From Neocallimastix sp. 'constans' (lineage: Eukaryota), in contig JBODTK010000013.1 in assembly GCA_050613775.1 (NCBI GenBank), positions 496,001 through 560,000 of the forward strand: 64,000 bases of DNA, read 5' to 3'. A program made the position numbers and the translations under genes. Of this stretch, positions 56,586 to 64,000 are shown piece after piece. The notes beneath the pieces are model-generated. The model saw nothing but the letters and a program-made list of their open reading frames with translations, did not search any database and was not told the origin of the DNA. The number at the start of each line of letters is the position of its first letter. Positions within the stretch are counted from its first letter, which is position 1.

Positions 56586-57180
56586 ATTCAGTTTCATTAT
56601 CAACTAAAAGTCTCAAAAGTTTTCCAACTTCACGATTTCTATTTTCTATCATTCCGTTTGATTCTGGATGATGAGGTGAAACATAATGTATCCATGATCC
56701 GTAGAGGTCAATCATTATTTTTGTTACTTCTGAAATGAAGGAGCTTCCATTATCTGTTATTATAATTTCCGGGGTCCGTTGTCTTGCGAATACATCGATA
56801 AGTAATTTAATTACTTCTTCAGATCGCATATTGGTTATTGCTTTAACTTCGACCCATTTGGTGAAATAATCGACTAAAGTTATTATATAAGTGTTTCTGT
56901 TTTTAGTTGTTGGAAGTAGGCTCATTATATCCAGTCCCATTCTAGTAAAAGGTTGTTCTATTGGTGTTGTATGGTTTTCTGTATCTTTAGCTTGTGGTTT
57001 AGGCCTAAAAGTTTGGCATTTGTGACAACTTTTTATCCACATTTTTACGTCATTCCAAAACCCGAACCAATAGTAAGATTGCATTATACAATATGTTGTT
57101 TTCTCGGCACCCTCATGACCGATTAGGTGAGTGCGGTTAATGATATCTTTCTTATCTTCATCTTTATAAATAACTTTCAA
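56584..57180 (-). pseudogene. Truncated gypsy integrase (HHCC zinc finger + DDE core)
   Basis: 198-aa ORF with HHCC and rve motifs; it stops abruptly after the catalytic E helix. Confidence 0.85.
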
Positions 57181-58700
57181 GTAGAAGTCTTTTTTTTGTA
57201 GTATGAAGTATTATTAACAACTTGATAAATTTTAGTAAAATATTTTATAATACTTCTAGGTAAGTCTAGGTCTCTAGGATTAAAATCAGCTAATATGGCA
57301 TTAGCGCAATATACAATTTCATTGGAATTTTTCGAAGGGAGTCTTGATAAGGCATCTGCGAAAACATTCTTCTTCTCTTTTTCATATACTAGATCAATTC
57401 TATATTTATTAAATTCTTCTATCCATCTTGCGTGTCTGTTTGAGGTTGGAATGCTTTTCTTAAAAAGACCATGTAATGGTTTATGGTCAGCTATGAAATT
57501 GGTTGGGTTTTTACTGCTAAGTATATGTTGTCTAAAATGATATATACTAAATATTATAACTAATTCTTCTAGATCAGTAACTGAGTAATTTTTTTTGATT
57601 TTGAAAGTATTCTGTATATGCATCATATTGGATGTTCTTGATTATCCCTTCCTTCTGTAAAAGAACACCTCTAATACCTTTTGTAGAGCATCGGTTCTAA
57701 TAATAAAGTCTTTTTCGAAGTCGGATAAATAAGAATTGGGTCTGAAAGTAAACATTCTTTAATAGTTTCAAAAGCTTCTTGACATTTAGTTGACCATACA
57801 AATTTTATATTTTTCTTTAGTAATTGAAAAAAGTGGATCAGCAATTATAGAGAAATTTTTAATAAACTTTTTGTAGTTGCTTGCTAGACCTAAGAATGAT
57901 CTGAGTTCATTTACATCAATTGGATTATCCCATAGAGCAATACTTTGGACTTTCAATCCAAGTAGAGTAATATTTCTTCACTAATTCTTCAGTAGTTAAT
58001 TTTAATTCTTCTGGGGTAATGGTCCTTTAGTACTAAGAACGCAGCGATGTCTCGAACTTTTCCTGTAGGGTTGTCTTCTAATTGTAGTCTGGGAAGATTA
58101 TTTCTGGCTGAAGCGGTGCTTAGAATATTTCCGTAGGGTCGTCGTTTCACTTCTGGCTCAGGAATTTTTTTACTGGCCAAAATTTCTCCTATCTGATTTC
58201 CGGAGGGTAGTCTTAATAATCCTGATTTGGAATAATCTACGTAGGCAGAGTTTTCTCCTATCTGGTTGGTTTTATTAGAAGTTCGTGTAAGCCTTTTGTG
58301 GTTATTAATTCTTTAAAATTTGTACTTTCACTAGTAGCGACTGTTATTAAGAATGTATTATCTTCCGTAGGGTAGCCTTGGCTGTCTTCCCTGGCAAACT
58401 ATCTTCATGGTTCATTTCCCTTGGTCATCATAACTACAATAGATCTTGTGCTTCTCATATAAAGTTTTGTCCTAAGAGTATCGTAAATTCAAAATGTTCT
58501 GCTATGTTAAAGCAAGAAGTGAATATGAATGATTTGGTTCTTTTATCGTGAGAGTCTTTAACCGCAAGAGGTATATTAATACTTACCTTGTCTGTCATGG
58601 TACATAGGGTTGGGTTATTTCCAATTACCTTGACTGAAGTAAACTTTTGCATTAATCTAATTTATTAGCCAATTTTGGAGGGATAATTCAGTCGGTTGAA
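56584..58700 (-). mobile_element. Decayed Ty3/gypsy LTR retrotransposon pol (protease remnant, RT thumb/connection, RNase H, integrase), RT core deleted
   Basis: Integrase ORF 56584-57180 has HLIGH...CHKC and LDIM...VDYFTKW...TDNG...SNGMIENRNRE. RNase H ORF 57177-57626 has NYSVTDLE, ADHKPL, ADALSRL. 57650-57960 translates as ELRSFLGLASNYKKFIKNFSIIADPL...W...CQEAF...IRTDA. 58455-58652 ends in TILLGQNF, like the C-terminus of a retropepsin. Domain order PR-RT-RH-IN is the gypsy order; multiple frameshifts. Confidence 0.9.
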
Positions 58701-59299
58701 TTCCACTAAATAATCATAGACTTTTCCCCATTTAGCTTAGATTTCATTAGCTTCTTATTATCTTCTAATTGGAAGCCAGACCTCATTTCTTTCAACATCT
58801 TCGCAACCTTTTTTGTTTCCTTGCTACTTGAGGCCTAAGGCGTGTCGGACATCTTTTAATAGATACTTATATAATTTGATTTTTTAATTCGGTGAATTTA
58901 TTTTAAAGCGTTAACAATGTCAAAATTGATGTAAAATAATAAATAAGATTTAATATAATTGAAGAAAAATCGTTATCTGATTGGTCCACAAAATTTTTAT
59001 TAATATGATTGGAGGAAAATTGTTATATGATTGGACCACAAAATTTTTTTAATTTATTTTTAATTTATTATTATTATACAAAAAATTAATTTATTTATTT
59101 ATATAACTTGCTAAAAAAGATGATACAAGGCTTAGCCTCAACTGTGGATGTTATAAATAACCACACAACTTAGGTAGATTCGCATCTAACCTCCTTGGAA
59201 GAGAGGTTCAATTCCTTTGAGAAAGCGGTACAAGACAAGTTTCGGGAAGATACATCTAGGCTTGACAAGGTATAAAAAAATAGCCTGGAAATTATCGAA

Positions 59300-60942
59300 G
59301 ACGCTAAGGAACAAGTAGCTACCTATATCAATGAATAACTTAAAGTAGCCAGTCTCCGAAGATACCAAGAGACCCTGAAGACTTCGTTATGAGGAATACT
59401 TACTTCCATGAAGTCAATAGATGTGAATACCTTTATCGATAGATGCAAAAGCCATTTCTATCGATACGCTAATAGATACCTTTATGACGAACAGGCAAAG
59501 GTATACTACGTTACAGACTGCCTAATGGAAAGTGCTGCTCTATGGCACCAAGCCATCCACTATCCAGAAGGAAACCCAAGAAAGACGCCCCGATGAGCGA
59601 AGTTCGAAGAAATGAGGGATGACTTCCAATTAGAAGAAAATAAGAAGCTAATGAAATCTAAGCTCCTAAAATTGAAGCATGAACGAAGAAGTCTATGATT
59701 ATTTAATGGAGTTAAACCGACTTACTAGGGTGATTGGATGTACTGAAGAACAAAGGAAAGGTGTAAAGAGTTTAGAAGAAACAGATTACAAATAACAAAA
59801 TACATAAACAGTTTAAAACACGTAAAAAAAATTCCTTTTTTAATAAATAATCTTTTATTAAATTTAAAAATAAATCTCTTCTCGTTATTAACTATTTGAT
59901 AGTCAATAACTAATACATCAATTTAATTATAGAAATTTTCATGTATTTATAAATTTTTATGATTATATTATAATATATTATTTCTATCTAATTTACATAT
60001 ATTACTATTTATAAACAAAATAATTTTCAGTAATTTTATTAAATAAAAATTAACTAAAACTATACAATAATTCAATAAACTTTCAATTTATTTACAATAA
60101 TAATTAAATTCAATAAAAACTCATTTATTAGATATTTATTATATAAATATTATTAATACTAATGTTTATATATTTACAATTCAAAACTATTTTTATAAAC
60201 TATTTAAAACTATTCCGAAATTAATTTTAAAGTATTTTAAACTAACTAAACTAAGTTAAATAAAATAACTATTTTAAATAAACTAAATTAACTAACTTGA
60301 ATAAATTATTTAAATTAAATTTATTATCCAAAATTATTTAAATAATAATTTATCCTTTATGAAAAGTTTACATAAATTTATAATTAATTTTCATATACGT
60401 AAACCATAAATTTATGTAATTTTATTATATTAATTAATTATGTAATAATTAATTATTAAAGATTTTATTAAATCTTTACAGAAGGTATATTGAATTAGTA
60501 CAAAAGGAATTTATGAAATTATGACAACCCTACGAAGATCGCTCTAAAAGACCTTACTCGCTGCCTGATCCGCTGTGATATTGACCAGAAAAGGTACTAT
60601 GATGAAAAACAGGAAAAAGAGATAGTTGCCAAAATAACCGAGCCTTAATTGCCGCCTTTGTTAGGAATTTACAGCACTGAATATCGAATTTTTGTAAACG
60701 AATGGGAAAAAGAAGAAAACGGTAGAAAGGAAAACGGAAAGTTAAAGCATAAACGATTTCCTCCTTATAAGGAAAAAAGCAAGGAAGACACCCAGGGAAA
60801 AGGAAAAATTCACCTGAATGACAACCATACGTCGAACAAAGGAAATTTCAGAAGACCAAGTAGAATTTTTTCAAGCTATAATAACCCCCTACCAACTACG
60901 ATGTTAGTAAGTGAAGTCCCAAAATTAACAAGAGTAGTGTGA
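59300..60942 (+). mobile_element. Degenerate Ty3/gypsy-type gag fragment interrupted by an insertion
   Basis: VNTFIDRCKSHF...AKVYYVTDCLMESAALW and LMELNRLTRVIGCTEEQRK resemble retrotransposon capsid helices. Coding-like composition resumes after 60481 with a basic region (60649-60942). Stops and frameshifts are present. Confidence 0.55.
59762..60480. mobile_element. Probable solo LTR (719 bp) inserted in the gag fragment
   Basis: AT-rich block bounded by TGTAAAGA...TCTTTACA (8-bp perfect inverted repeat with TG...CA ends), flanked by near-duplicated AAAGG / GAAGG. Confidence 0.65.
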
Positions 60943-62499
60943 TGCCAGCAACTTCGCCATATCAAAAATGCATAGATTAATTCAATGTAATGATTCGCGT
61001 ATTATCATATTGAATATTTTGTTATGCCATAAACATTTCAATTACTTGATTATAAGTCGTAACCCTTGACTCGCATCCCCCTAAAATCCAAATATTTTAT
61101 ATCAATTGAATTTTGGATTTTCTTGTTATAACATCTATATGTAATACTTGTGTATGTATATTATTTATCATAAATAACTGTTATATAATGCTCTTCACTC
61201 GAAGGTATCTTACAATCACACTTAGTAGTTTAATGAGTTATAACTCTTCCATGTTATGTTGTTATTAACTTATAATTCTTATACGTATTTGTTAAAATAG
61301 TTGTAGATACACGAGTATGTTGTTAAGTGTAATGCTTTTTCAGATCAGATTAGCAATAACTGATGCTTTTAGATTAGTAATAACTGGTGATTGTGAATGT
61401 AATGTAAACTACATATCATCTTATGGTAACGTCAATATGATTTTTTTTGCTATAATAAGCAATTAGTTATCTTGAATAGTTTCAAATAGAGTCAAATGAG
61501 ATTAAAACTTCATCGAATTATATAACTCAATAGTTAAATATTATGCTTTCTTGTATTGAAGCATCTAGCAATCTTTGCTTGTAGTTACTCGTGTATAGTT
61601 AATTGTATAAGTATATGCTTTGGACGGCTTAGCAATAGTATTCAAGTTTTATACTTTTGTTGGTAAGAGGAAAACAAAGAGTCACTCTTTGTGGATAAGT
61701 TGAAACTTTTTATATCTTCTCTTTTGCAGGTTTAGTACGAACTTTAAGATTGCGTATAGTGTAGTAGTTGTATTATGTTTGATGAAACAATTATGCTTAT
61801 TTTATTTGTATAAAACTTAGAAGAATTTGTATTAAAATGAATCATTAGATTTTTTATAAAATTATTCATAATTTATTTTATAAAATATAACACTAATATA
61901 ATGCCAGTTGTAATTAGAATAAATATCATAATTATTTTATTGTGATAATAAGCTTTTTAAATTCATTTAGCTAGTAACATATATTAGTAATTCAGTATTA
62001 CATGTAAATAAATAGTGGTAGTATGGAATTAATTTCATCTAATATGGTAATTCAAGAAAAATCCAGTGGTGTATTTATTTCCTTCTTCATCTTCTTCTTC
62101 CTTAAGCGTTTCATAGAGGCTTTCCAGTAAGACCTATGTATATCCATAGGTTTCAGAATTTTAGAATTTCAATTTTGAGATCATGAGATTTTGAAGTTTT
62201 TGGCATGGCTTATGTTTGACTAAGTAAAGAGTTGTTGGATCGTGTCCGGCTGAGTAACACAAATCGGTAATTCACAAAATAATGTGAACATTATTTTGTT
62301 TTCATGATTAGAGTCACTGAGACTCTTAATATATTAAGAGTCAGGAATTTATAGTTTATTATTATGTCAATTTTAATAAAATATTTTATGATAAAGAGTT
62401 AACTTAATTTTTCTAAATTAAATGCTTTTATATTAATATATTGTGGCTTATACATTATTTATAATACAACATATTTCAATACATTAGAATATTCTAACA

Positions 62500-63515
62500 T
62501 TTGTTCTATATATTTATTTATTTATTATTTATATTTATTTATTTATTAATTATTTATTTAATTTTTATTATTTATTCTATTCTATATATTTATTTATTTA
62601 TTAATTATTTATTTAATGATTTATTATTTATTCTATATATTTATTTATTTATTATTTATTTATTAATTTATTAATTTATTATTTATTCTATATATTTATT
62701 TATTAATTATATTTATTTATTATTTATATTTATTTATTTTTTATTTATATTTATTTATTTATTAATTATTTATTTAATGATTTATTATTGATTTTATATA
62801 TATATTTATTTATTAATTATTTATTTAATGATTTATTATTTATTCTATATATTTATTTATTTATTATGTATATTTATTTATTTATTAATTATTTATATTT
62901 ATTTATTTATTTATTATTTATATTTATTTATTTATTTATTTATTATTTATATTTATTTATTTATTTATTATTTATTCTATATATTTATTTATTTATTATT
63001 TATTTATTTATTTATTAATTTATTATTTATTCTATATATTTATTTATTAATTATATTTATTTATTATTTATATTTATTTATTTTTTATTTATATTTATTT
63101 ATTTATTAATTATTTATTTAATGATTTATTATTGATTTTATATATTTATTTATTTATTAATTATTTATTTAATGATTTATTATTGATTTTATATATTTAT
63201 TTATTTATTAATTATTTATTTAATGATTTATTATTTATTTATTTATTATTTATTATTTATTTATTTATTATTTATTTATTTATTTATTAATTATATTTAT
63301 TTATTTATTATTTATATTTATTTATTTATAATTTATATTTATTTATTTATTAATTATATTTATTTATTTATTTATTAATTATTTATTTAATGATTTATTA
63401 TTTATTCTATATATTTATTTATTTATTATTTATTTATTTATTATTTATTCTATATATTTATTTATTTATATTTATTTATTTATTAATTATTTATTTAATG
63501 ATTTATTATTAAATA
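62500..63515. repeat. AT-rich minisatellite (TATTTATT / TTAATGATTTATTA / TTCTATATATTTA units)
   Basis: Repeated units; it abuts the truncated end of the copia RNase H fragment. Confidence 0.85.
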
Positions 63516-63526
63516 AATAATTATTA

Positions 63527-64000
63527 ATTTCACCATTTTCAATTGTTGTTTTACTAGCTAAATTATCTGTTAAAATTTTAATTGTTTTTTTTTTTTTTTT
63601 TAATATTAAATAATTCAATAAGTATATTTCTGATCTAAAGTGCTTTCTTTATACATTCTCCTGTGGCAATATATTCAGCTTCAGTAGTCGAGGTTGCTAC
63701 CACAGATTGTTTTTTTTTTTTTCGACTGCCAACAAATTGGGTCTTTATTCATTAGAATGATATATCCAGAGGTAGATTTTCTATCAACTGGATCTCCGGC
63801 TAGTTCTGAATTTGTGTATTCTAAAATTTCCCCCCTTTCCTTTATATTCAATTTTATAATTTTTAGTGTAGTTTAAATATTTTAATATATTAATTACCTT
63901 TTTCCAATCATTCATTGTTGGATTTTCGGCCTTTCTTGCTGCTTTTCCGATTGCATATGAAATATCTGGTCTTGTAAACCTTGAAAAAGTAGATTAATGA
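63527..64000 (-). mobile_element. Decayed Ty1/copia retrotransposon, RT C-terminus plus RNase H (runs off the window edge)
   Basis: Manual minus-strand translation across homopolymer frameshifts gives SLIY..RFTRPDISYAIG...PTMNDWKKVINILKYL...YTNSELAGDPVDRKSTSGYII...PICWQSKKQSVVATSTTEAEYIA...ILTDN. These are hallmark copia motifs (TRPDI, DRKSTSGY, W.SKKQ, STEAEY) and are absent from the ORF track. Confidence 0.9.

Noticed and set aside
58979..59046. Short direct repeat GATTGG(T/A)CCACAAAATTT x2
   Set aside because: Probably the untranslated leader of a retroelement; no independent evidence of function.
61070..61110. Minus-strand TTAGGGGGATG resembling a polypurine tract at an LTR start
   Set aside because: No identifiable pol sequence or LTR adjacent; too short to support.

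Overview
Extremely AT-rich eukaryotic DNA with GT-AG introns, most consistent with an anaerobic gut fungus (Neocallimastigomycota; inference). Most of the window is a head-to-tail cluster of three paralogous giant genes on the + strand (4518-13925, 22057-32920, 37833-51349; about 2749, 2908 and 3314 aa after hand-splicing). They encode secreted, Cys-rich repeat proteins with C-terminal hydrophobic anchors that resemble the fungal cellulosome scaffoldin family. All three start with the same 23-nt micro-exon (MLGWKYL), which the ORF track misses. They share two upstream non-coding motifs, have highly divergent and mosaic N-terminal repeat regions, and end in an indel-free, nearly identical ~1034-aa constant region. 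Kex2-type di/polybasic sites recur in their linkers. Intergenic DNA is low-complexity AT satellite. The last ~8 kb holds decayed retrotransposons: Ty3/gypsy pol and gag fragments, a probable solo LTR, and Ty1/copia gag and RT/RNase H fragments. No RNA genes or CRISPR arrays were found.
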